From contig JAFGBS010000019.1 in NCBI GenBank assembly GCA_016933055.1, forward strand, positions 164,675 through 196,674: a stretch of DNA of 32,000 bases. Direction: 5' to 3'. Position 1 is the first letter of the stretch; each line of letters starts with the position of its first letter. The DNA comes from Promethearchaeota archaeon. Lineage in GTDB: Archaea > Asgardarchaeota > Lokiarchaeia > Sigyniarchaeales > Promethearchaeaceae. The notes beneath the pieces were generated by a model. That model had not been told where the DNA came from. It saw only the letters and a program-made list of their open reading frames with translations, and made no database searches. This document shows positions 18,001-27,300 of the stretch, in pieces. The translations under genes and the position numbers were made by a program.

Positions 18001-18849
18001 ATGACTTCAGAAATCATTTTGGTAGGAAACGAACTCCTCATCGGAAAAATACGAGATATTAATGGTTATTGGATGATTCAACGATTGTTAGAATACGGCC
18101 ATGATGTTTCTCGTATGATCTTAATCCCTGACGAAATTACCGTCATTGCAAAGACTATTCTGGAATCCCTCTTTCGAGAACCTATGTTTCTATTTATTTC
18201 AGGTGGTTTAGGTCCCACCCACGATGATTTAACCTTTGAGGGAATCGCAAGAGCGCTAAATTTACCCTTAGTGCTGAATTCGGAAGCGTTAGGATTTATT
18301 AAAGAACGGTATTCCAAATTAGGAAAAGAAGGGATCACCTCCACCGAACTTTATGAATCTCGCAAAAAGATGGCTTTATTACCAGAGGGTGCAATACCCT
18401 TACGAAATCTTAATGGAACTGCCCCCAGTATTATGATCGAAGCACAAAATACGAATAAGACAAAGATCTTTGCAATGCCCGGAGTGCCATCCGAATTTCA
18501 ATCGGCATTTAATCATTATGTAGTACCCCTATTACAGCATTCAGATAGTCATTATCTCCAAGCGGGATTCATCTTCGAAAATGTGGGAGAATCTCAAATT
18601 GCGGCAGAGATAGACACGCTACAAGAGGAACATCCGGAAATTTGGATCAAGACCCATCCAAGGATCGTAGTATCTCTCCATGAACCCATACATAAGCCAA
18701 TTTGCGTAGAATTGCATCTAACTTCCTTTATTAACTCCCCAAGTCTTGAGGATATCGATAAGAGAAAAAGGAGTATACTTGAACTACGAAATAAGATAAA
18801 AAAAATAGTGGAAAATAAGGGTGGGCTAGTCCGCAATGAGTACGACTAA
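18001..18849 (+). CDS. CinA N-terminal/MoeA-like (COG1058) nucleotide pyrophosphatase-like protein, without the NMN-deamidase domain
   Basis: Likely ATG 18001. SEIILVGNELLIG, DINGYWM, SGGLGPTHDDLT, RKKMALLP, GTAP, MPGVPSE, GESQIA. Confidence 0.9.
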   Translation: MTSEIILVGNELLIGKIRDINGYWMIQRLLEYGHDVSRMILIPDEITVIAKTILESLFREPMFLFISGGLGPTHDDLTFEGIARALNLPLVLNSEALGFIKERYSKLGKEGITSTELYESRKKMALLPEGAIPLRNLNGTAPSIMIEAQNTNKTKIFAMPGVPSEFQSAFNHYVVPLLQHSDSHYLQAGFIFENVGESQIAAEIDTLQEEHPEIWIKTHPRIVVSLHEPIHKPICVELHLTSFINSPSLEDIDKRKRSILELRNKIKKIVENKGGLVRNEYD

Positions 18850-18852
18850 TTT

Positions 18853-20202
18853 TTAACTACATAATCCCATTACATCAATATTTCCAGTGGATACACTCAA
18901 ACTAAATTCATAATTACTAGTGCGTGGATAGGTGGTAGTTTGAAATACACTACCAAGAATTTCGAATCCCCCGCGATTTGAATAGCTATAATCTCCTATA
19001 CCTACTGAGGAAATAAATTGAGCCCCAATACTTAAATCAATATCCATATCAATGATGATATCCCCTGTGCTTGCTTCAATATTTGCAGTGATATTTGCCC
19101 CCATCGGATTAGACTGCTTTATTCCCAATGTGAATGACCCGGTTGAGATATCTCCTATCCACAAGGATTCTGCGGTATTATATTCCGGTTCGTCCACATA
19201 CACAACAATATCGCCAGTTGATGCATATAGTTCAATTTTGTCACTGAATTCGGGTTTAATAAAAGTAAATGTAATAGTTCCAGTAGAAGTTTCCGCATAT
19301 AGATCATCTTTAAACCGAACCAGTTCACCAGTTATATCTATATCCCCGGTGGATGCAGTAACGGTAAATGTCTTCTGAAATTCTATATCATCTCCATAGA
19401 TAGTGATTGAACCCGTACTTACAGCAGCCGAGAAGCTTTCTTGGAATTTAGTCCCGTTTCCGATAGTTAATGTTATATCTCCTGTTGAATCAGTCACAGC
19501 AAATGTACTAACATTTGTATTATCTAACATAGTAAAATCGACATCCCCAGTTGAGACATCTCCATCAATCGAATACACTATATCGGACCGTAGGATTACA
19601 CTAATGACAGAACGGTCAGTAAATACCCAATTGGTCCACCATTTGAATTGAGATTTGAAAAACACCGTTGCAGAAGTATTCTCCCAAGTCACTTCATAGA
19701 TATCTTCGAATGATTTTCCATCCAAGAACCCTCCTGAAGCATGATAATGATATATGATCTCAATTAGATGGGACGTTGGACTTGAATTATATCCAATATC
19801 CACATCAGCAACATCTACATCGAATTGAAATGCTTCAACTGCTGAGGGTGTAGGGTTATCATAATAATAATAGTTGTATCCCTCAATGCTACCCCAGTTG
19901 ACCGCCATAACTATACCGAATATTCCTCCACCAGCTAATAGTAACATTCCAATTATCAATCCGATCGTCAATCCGCGCCGCTTTCTGTGAGAATGATGAT
20001 GGGGTTGTTTGGATCGTGATGGTCTGGAAGGGTGTGAGGATTGTTTTGGAATTGGTGACTTTGGTGCATGTACTGTTTTTTCCGTTTCTTTTACATATGG
20101 AGTGGGTGTACTTCCAATAATCGTCGCTCCACATTCAGGGCAAAATCGAGCATTAGTTTCTAATTCTTTTCCACATACAGGACAGAACATTTTAATTTTC
20201 AC
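18853..20202 (-). CDS. Zinc-ribbon + single-TM + DUF4097-like beta-strand-repeat surface protein
   Basis: FCPVCG...FCPECG, Pro/His/Arg-rich linker, TM helix (GLTIGLIIGMLLLAGGGIFGIVMAV), nine xSTG(D/S/T/N)(I/V/F) repeats. Confidence 0.8.
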   Translation of the reverse strand: MKIKMFCPVCGKELETNARFCPECGATIIGSTPTPYVKETEKTVHAPKSPIPKQSSHPSRPSRSKQPHHHSHRKRRGLTIGLIIGMLLLAGGGIFGIVMAVNWGSIEGYNYYYYDNPTPSAVEAFQFDVDVADVDIGYNSSPTSHLIEIIYHYHASGGFLDGKSFEDIYEVTWENTSATVFFKSQFKWWTNWVFTDRSVISVILRSDIVYSIDGDVSTGDVDFTMLDNTNVSTFAVTDSTGDITLTIGNGTKFQESFSAAVSTGSITIYGDDIEFQKTFTVTASTGDIDITGELVRFKDDLYAETSTGTITFTFIKPEFSDKIELYASTGDIVVYVDEPEYNTAESLWIGDISTGSFTLGIKQSNPMGANITANIEASTGDIIIDMDIDLSIGAQFISSVGIGDYSYSNRGGFEILGSVFQTTTYPRTSNYEFSLSVSTGNIDVMGLCS

Positions 20203-20429
20203 TTTTTTATACAGTTTTGATGATTTGAAGAGTTATAGATTATTTAATATCTATTTGGTGACCAGATTTTAGCCATAGATCCACTGTCAATTATTAGTAG
20301 GTTTTCTCTCCCATTTTTCGTTCCATTTAGTGTTCCTTTAAATCAACAACTTTTTTAGCTGTTATTCTGATAGTCACCTAATTTCTTAATTATATATAAG
20401 GAAAATTTCATTTAAGGAGTTATAAGACC

Positions 20430-23387
20430 TTGGCAAAAAAAACTCATATTGTATATGAAGCCCAACCTGATGAGCCTTATTTTCTCGAATCTAGTGAGAC
20501 AGTTCTTGAGAAAATTAACTCTAATAAAGAGGAAGGACTATCTGGCGAGGAAGCAGAGAAACGACTGGAGAGATTCGGTCCCAACGAACTTGCGGCGGGA
20601 AAAAGAACTCCTGCTTGGAAAAGATTTCTCCTCCAATTCAACGATTTTTTAATATATATCCTTATTGCTGGTTCCCTTATCAGTATCGCGCTGGAAATTT
20701 GGGATGTAGCAAGAGATGTGAAAGATTCTATCGACCCCACCGATGCAATCGTTATATTCGCTATTATCATTGCGAATGCAATCATTGGGTTTATTCAGGA
20801 GGGTAAAGCTGATGAAGCTATTGAAAAATTACGTGAAGCTGCAGCGCCACAAGCACAGGTAATTAGGGATGGAATGGAGAAACAAATTTACGCAAGAGAG
20901 TTAGTTCCGGGTGATATTGTGATTATTCACGAAGGATCTCAAATCCCTGCGGATGGCCGTCTCATTGAAGCTGTGAACTTGAAAATTGATGAAGCATCTT
21001 TAACCGGGGAATCTGTTCCCGTAAACAAAAAGGATGGGAGATTGGAAGACGGTGAAACCCCATTAGCAGAACGAAAGAATATGATGTATTTGGGTACAAT
21101 CGCTACCTATGGTCGTGGAAAGGCGGTGATTACTCGAACGGGTATGAATACAGAATTTGGAAAAATTGCGAAATTGATCCAAGATGTTGAAGAAAAACAG
21201 ACTCCATTGCAAGAAAAGCTTGATCAGTTTGGAAAGACGTTAGGCTACGTCATTTTGGGTATATGTGGGGTCGTTATGGTCACAGAGATTGCAAGATTAG
21301 GAGCTTGGGGAGATATTGATGCCTGGGCAGAACAATTAATTGTTGCAGTATCCCTAGCAATTGCAGCAATTCCAGAAGGGCTACCCGCAGTAGTTACTAC
21401 GTGTTTGGCCATTGGTGTTACTCGGATGACGAAAAAGAATGCAATCATTAAGAAATTACCTTCCGTTGAGACACTGGGTTGCACCGATATAATCTGTTCA
21501 GATAAGACCGGTACACTTACTAAAAACGAAATGACCGTGAAGAAAGTATACGTTGATCATCAAATCTATGAGGTAAGTGGAACGGGGTATATTCCTGAGG
21601 GTACATTTACCGATTCCCAAGGTAACGAGGTACAACCCACCACCCTTCCAGATTTTGATTTAATTCTCAAAATTGGTTTGCTGTGCAATAATTCTCGATT
21701 GGCGACGGATGAGAAAAAGGGGTGGATTATATTTGGAGACCCAACCGAGGGTTGCTTGATAGTATCTGCAGAGAAGGCTGGGATTAAGGCAAAACAAGCA
21801 AACACAGAATATCCCCGAGTGTATGAATTACCATTTGATTCTACGAGGAAGAAAATGTCAGTAATCTGTAACGTAAATGGACAATACTATTCGTATATAA
21901 AAGGTGCAGCTGAAATTATCCTAGAGGATACCGTAAAAATTGTCGTAGATGGTGTAGAACGCGAAATTACTCAAGAAGATAAAGACAAAATCATGGAAGC
22001 CTATAATAAAATGGCTTCAGATGCTTTACGTGGATTAGGTTTTGCCTACAAAAAACTCAGTGAATTCGAAGATGGTCGTGAATATACCGTTGAGGAATTA
22101 GAATCCGATGTGGTATTTGTTGGATTGCAAACCATGATTGATCCTCCCCGTGAAGAAACTAAACCATCCATTGAATTATGCAGACAATCTGGTATTGCCG
22201 TAAAGATGATTACTGGTGATAATCTTATAACGGCAAAAGCTATTGCTGCAGAATTAGGGATCACAACTGCAGATGGGGCTGCTTACGAGGGAAAATTGAT
22301 TGGGGACCTCACATACGAAGAAATTGAAGCCTGCAATGTATTTGCGAGAGTATCACCCGAACACAAACAAGTAATCGTAGAAAAACTTCAAGGCAAAAAT
22401 CATATTGTAGCCATGACGGGAGATGGAGTAAATGATGCACCCGCATTAAAAATGGCTGACGTAGGAGTTGCCATGGGCATTACTGGGACCGATGTATCTA
22501 AAGAAGCTTCTGATATGGTTCTTGCAGATGATAAGTTTAATACAATCGTTACAGCAGTTGAAGAGGGAAGAGGTATTTATGATAATATTAAAAAATTCAT
22601 CATGTATTTGCTTTCTTCGAACATTGCTGAAGTGTTGATCATTTTCTTTGCAATAATCATCAATATGGAAGTACCCCTTATTGCTACGCAAATTTTATGG
22701 ATTAACCTAGTAACCGATGGATTGCCCGGTGTTGCATTGAGTGTGGATCCATACGATCCGAGTTTGATGGCACGACCTCCAAGAGATCCCTCCGAATCTA
22801 TCATCACGCGAAGATTTGCTTCAACAATGGTCATACGTGGTGTTGTAATAACCATTTTCATCTTGTTTCTGTACTGGATGTATGGAGGAGCAGTTCAAGG
22901 ATGGCTCGATAAATTTCCAGGGTGGTTGATTGAAAAGGAACTCCCAACGAGCAGTTACTTGGTACCTAATTGGTTTGAGCAATGGTATGCAGAATGGGCT
23001 ATTGATAATCCCGGCTTAGTATCTGAAATTTCTAAACTAGATTGGTATAATGTATGGGATGCTCGTTCTACCTTATTCAATTGCTTGGTCATAGGAGAAT
23101 TAATTAACGCATACAATTCGCGAAGTGAGTACGGATCCTTATTCAATATCAGATTCTTCAGCAATATGGCATTGTTCTGGTCAGTAATCATATCCCTAGC
23201 GTTAACGGTGTTGATTTTTTACGTACCATTTGCATCTACAATTTTCCGATTGATTCCTCTAAGTTGGGATGAATGGCTTATAACCTTCGCATTTGCCACT
23301 CCGGTATTCTTTACAGTGGAAATATTGAAAATATTTTACCGGAAACAGATGGGAATTGATTTCCACCTGAATGTCATTCAACAATAA
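20430..23387 (+). CDS. P-type IIA (SERCA-like) Ca2+-transporting ATPase
   Basis: TTG start downstream of AGGAG. TGES, IPEGLP, DKTGT, KGAAE, MITGD, GDGVNDAPAL, M5 SSNIAE, M6 INLVTDG, M8 GELIN. Confidence 0.95.
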   Translation: MAKKTHIVYEAQPDEPYFLESSETVLEKINSNKEEGLSGEEAEKRLERFGPNELAAGKRTPAWKRFLLQFNDFLIYILIAGSLISIALEIWDVARDVKDSIDPTDAIVIFAIIIANAIIGFIQEGKADEAIEKLREAAAPQAQVIRDGMEKQIYARELVPGDIVIIHEGSQIPADGRLIEAVNLKIDEASLTGESVPVNKKDGRLEDGETPLAERKNMMYLGTIATYGRGKAVITRTGMNTEFGKIAKLIQDVEEKQTPLQEKLDQFGKTLGYVILGICGVVMVTEIARLGAWGDIDAWAEQLIVAVSLAIAAIPEGLPAVVTTCLAIGVTRMTKKNAIIKKLPSVETLGCTDIICSDKTGTLTKNEMTVKKVYVDHQIYEVSGTGYIPEGTFTDSQGNEVQPTTLPDFDLILKIGLLCNNSRLATDEKKGWIIFGDPTEGCLIVSAEKAGIKAKQANTEYPRVYELPFDSTRKKMSVICNVNGQYYSYIKGAAEIILEDTVKIVVDGVEREITQEDKDKIMEAYNKMASDALRGLGFAYKKLSEFEDGREYTVEELESDVVFVGLQTMIDPPREETKPSIELCRQSGIAVKMITGDNLITAKAIAAELGITTADGAAYEGKLIGDLTYEEIEACNVFARVSPEHKQVIVEKLQGKNHIVAMTGDGVNDAPALKMADVGVAMGITGTDVSKEASDMVLADDKFNTIVTAVEEGRGIYDNIKKFIMYLLSSNIAEVLIIFFAIIINMEVPLIATQILWINLVTDGLPGVALSVDPYDPSLMARPPRDPSESIITRRFASTMVIRGVVITIFILFLYWMYGGAVQGWLDKFPGWLIEKELPTSSYLVPNWFEQWYAEWAIDNPGLVSEISKLDWYNVWDARSTLFNCLVIGELINAYNSRSEYGSLFNIRFFSNMALFWSVIISLALTVLIFYVPFASTIFRLIPLSWDEWLITFAFATPVFFTVEILKIFYRKQMGIDFHLNVIQQ

Positions 23388-23390
23388 CCT

Positions 23391-23421
23391 CTCTTATTTT
23401 TCTTTAATTTTTTCTATTTTA
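23391..23421 (+). terminator. U-rich terminator-like tract after the ATPase gene
   Basis: Pyrimidine/T-rich run (ctcttatttttctttaattttttctatttt) directly after the stop codon. Confidence 0.4.
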
Positions 23422-23513
23422 TTGCTAGAATTCTTGTCGAAACTTTGATATACAATACAATAAACTTTTTTGTACGAGTGAGCTGAAAATATATCACCTC
23501 GGAATGAATTAAG

Positions 23514-24212
23514 ATGAAACAATCGGAAATCATTCAGCAAGCAGTTGCACAAAACCGAACTGCACTAACGGAATATGAAGCCAAAGAATTTCTAGGAAAT
23601 TTAGGATTACCCGTTACCGAACAAATGTTGGTAGAAACAAAGGAAGCCGCTGTTAGTGCTGCGAAAAAAATTGGGTATCCCATAGTAATGAAATTGATGG
23701 CGGAAGATATTGTGCATAAGACAGATGTGGGAGCAGTTAAATTGGATATTAAAAATGAATCCGAAATAAAATCCACATTCAACGAACTAATGAAAATTCC
23801 TTCGCAGACAAAGAAACACGTATCCATCCAAGAAATGGCTCCAAAACCAATTACTGAATTAATAGTTGGTACTTTACAGGATCCTCAATTCGGACCCGCT
23901 ATCATGTTTGGAATTGGGGGCATTTTGGTTGAGATTATGAAAGATGTGAGTTTTCGTATCTGTCCCATCACCGAATTTGATGCAGATGAGATGATTCACG
24001 AGATTAAGGCATTCAAAATATTGGATGGGTTTAGAGGCAGTCCCAAGGCCGATCTGAAAGCTCTAATTTCCTTATTGAAAACCATTTCTGAAATCTCTAT
24101 GGATTATTTAGAAATTGATCAGATGGACCTTAATCCCGTATTCATATATGAAAAAGGCATTAAAATTGTGGATGCACGCATCATACTGAAAACTTCCGAA
24201 ACAAAAGAATAG
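23514..24212 (+). CDS. acdB: ADP-forming acetate/acyl-CoA synthetase beta subunit (stand-alone ATP-grasp)
   Basis: LTEYEAK, GYPIVMK, IVHKTDVGAV, DPQFGPAIMFGIGGILVE, DVSFR, MDLNPV, IVDARII. Confidence 0.92.
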   Translation: MKQSEIIQQAVAQNRTALTEYEAKEFLGNLGLPVTEQMLVETKEAAVSAAKKIGYPIVMKLMAEDIVHKTDVGAVKLDIKNESEIKSTFNELMKIPSQTKKHVSIQEMAPKPITELIVGTLQDPQFGPAIMFGIGGILVEIMKDVSFRICPITEFDADEMIHEIKAFKILDGFRGSPKADLKALISLLKTISEISMDYLEIDQMDLNPVFIYEKGIKIVDARIILKTSETKE

Positions 24213-24382
24213 TCGTTTTTCTTTTTACTTTTAAATTTCACGCTGGATTTGATTAGCTCGATATAATTTCATACCAAATCTGTCTATTTTGTTTTTAGCA
24301 TAAACCTCTTAGGATAACACATACAAACAATAATCATCAAGTATAGATATAAGATACAGTCCATTCTTGGAGGATTCAACTA

Positions 24383-27300
24383 ATGCGTAAGAAGCACTTA
24401 AAAGTCATGATTATTCTCTTAATTTTTACGATCAATCTTGTCGGTATCGCCTCTCAAATAGGAATACAACCAACATTTTATTCCAATCCCCGAACAATTG
24501 TTAATCCCCTAGCTCAAGATTATGAAACAAACTCATCGGGAAGTGTAGATGTTGTAATCACCACTATTGAACAAGGTTATAAGAACGAAAGTATCGTGTT
24601 AATTGACCAAGACAACACATCGTTTACAGCACCTGCTCCGAATGCGACTGGGTATGAGACATCTTATGCCAAAATTTCGGTTAAAGATATTGCTGTATCC
24701 AATTACACTTATATTATTGAAGATGATGAACGCACTGACGCAAATTTAATCGATGAAAACAAACCAAGAGTAACATCATTTACCGTTCCAACCAGTTGTT
24801 ATCTCACGAACGCGAGCTTTGATGTTAGATATCAAGGGTCACCTGATGATTTACAAGTAAGAATTTATAATTCAAGTTGGAGTAGTATTGAGACAACAAA
24901 TAAGCCGGCAGGGTTATATGATTTTACATATTTAGGAAATATCACAGTAGATAGTGCTGGATGGAAACATTTGACTGATTTGGAGTTTTATCTCAATAAT
25001 TCTAACACAGATAATAATACTTGGTATATAGGATTATTTGATTTTAACACTGGATCTTTCGATGGATATTGGTATTATAATGAAGATGAATCAAGTGGGG
25101 ATGGTGAAGATGAAACATTATCGTATGAATGGACGGTTCTTGGTTGGAAATTAGTCACGGATAATGAAAAAACTATTGATTTTAGATCCATAGTCGGTTT
25201 ATCCTTAAAAAATCCAACTCCAGCACCCACTCTAATTAATCTGCAGATAAACGGAACTTCTGTTAGTAATAATACTTTAATACCTGATAATAATAGCGGT
25301 ATTTGGGAAAATTACAACAGTTACCATGGTCATGATAATGAACTCAATTTTTCTATTACTGCTGATTGGTTTTCTTATTCCCTAAGTGTTAATCAGACAT
25401 TAGTGAATTATACAAGCTCGTTTAATGCAATCACAACATATACTGCCGAGAGTGGTGTAAATGTATTTTGGAACGCGACTTCAGAAATTAACAAGTTTGA
25501 TCATAGACTTGAAAACAATACCGTTAATTTCACCATACCTCTAAGTTGGAACACCCCCCTTTCAAGTTTAGAAAGAGATTCAAGTTCAATTCCATCCTAT
25601 TCTACCTATACAAATAGTACAGCTAAAATTATTACAGTTCGCGGAATCAATGCTATTGATGGCAATTGGACCCTTCTTACAATATCTTCAAATCTTTTGT
25701 CTAATATTAAAATTGGAGTTAATGGAATAGAGTCAAGTTATGCTTATGTCAATGAAACTCTTCAATTCAATGCAACATTTTCAAAAGCCGTGACTGGAAC
25801 GGTAAACCTAAGTATATATCATCCTACATTGGATGATGAAATGATATTCACAAATGAGCTTCCGATCACTGATTCCGATTTTATTGATCTCTCGACCTTT
25901 GATATTGATGTCGAAAATTTAGCAACAATTTCTGATTATGGGATATATCGGGTGCAAGTGAGATGGGACAATCATACCGATGTTGGAATAATTGATTCTA
26001 CTGTAGTTATCGCTGCAAACACATCAGTGATTGTATTAACTCCCCCTGGTCACGAGACCCTTACTATAGATAGTCCTTATAACATAAGTTTCCAGTATTT
26101 AGATGAATTTAAATTAGTCAATGTTACAGGAGCCACAATCGGCTATAAAAATGCAACTGGTCAATGGAATTCTGAGGTTCAATTAAATCTGGATGAAAGC
26201 TATAATATAACTATTAACCCTGCAGATTATTCTTCCGGAACTCATCTTATACCAATCACTCTAAATAAGACTCATTATATGAACCACACATTCACGTATG
26301 AGTTTAACATCGTAGAAGCAAGTCAAATCTATAAAAACCTTGGAGATAGCATTCTTATAGTCGAGAGAGGAAACAATGCTACGTTTCGTTTGAACTACAA
26401 CAGAACTAGTGATGAATTTCCTATCGAAGATGCGAACATTAGAGCAGTTTCAATTAATCCTACTCTTGAATGGAGCTTTATGGATCTTAGTGGTGGGGAC
26501 TACATTATTGAGATTAATACATCTGCAGTAGATGCAGATCTAAGCCCTTTCAATTGTATTTTTAATATAACACTTATAAATGCGACAGTAGGGTATCAAA
26601 CTCAATTATTTGATTTCGACTTAATAGTCACTGTTGCTCAAACAAGTTTGAGTTTAACCAGTCAGACTGATATAATTGCCAGGAATTCTGGTAAGAATGC
26701 TACTATTAATTTTCACGTGGAAGATACAACCAATTCGATGGATTTAGAAGGAATCCCTGACTCCTATTTCTATGTCTATAATGATAGTACATCTTTATTA
26801 TGGGATGTTGGCACATTTAACTGGGAAGTCTGGGAAATTGGATCGGGAGAATATGGAGTAAATATCAGCTTGTTTGGTCTCGATTACGGAATGCAAACCG
26901 TGAGATTGAATGTTTCCTATTCTCCAAATTATAATTTTAGTGTGTTAATAACTTCATTTTACCTTCGCGGAAATTATACAGAAATCGACATTAAAGAATT
27001 TAATAACAATGCTGGAATTGTCATCCCGAAAGTAGAACAGACTTATCAGATTTATTTAGACACCTCTGAAGTAGGATTGATTTTGAATTTGAACGATTTA
27101 GAAAATGAAAATCAATTTATTTCAGATAGCGGTGGAATCTTTCAATACTGGGCTTGGTTTAATGATACCCAACCATTAACTACTAATTTCATTTATGATA
27201 GAAATAATGATGAAAATGTGGGTTCTATTACACTGCCTTCAGGATTAAACGTGGGATCTGGAAATATCACCCTAACAATTGGCAAGAAAAATTATGAAAA

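Noticed and set aside
19052-20272. Plus-strand ORFs (108, 82, 87 aa) with repeated PVE/PVD motifs
   Set aside because: Antisense reflection of the STG repeats in the DUF4097-like gene.
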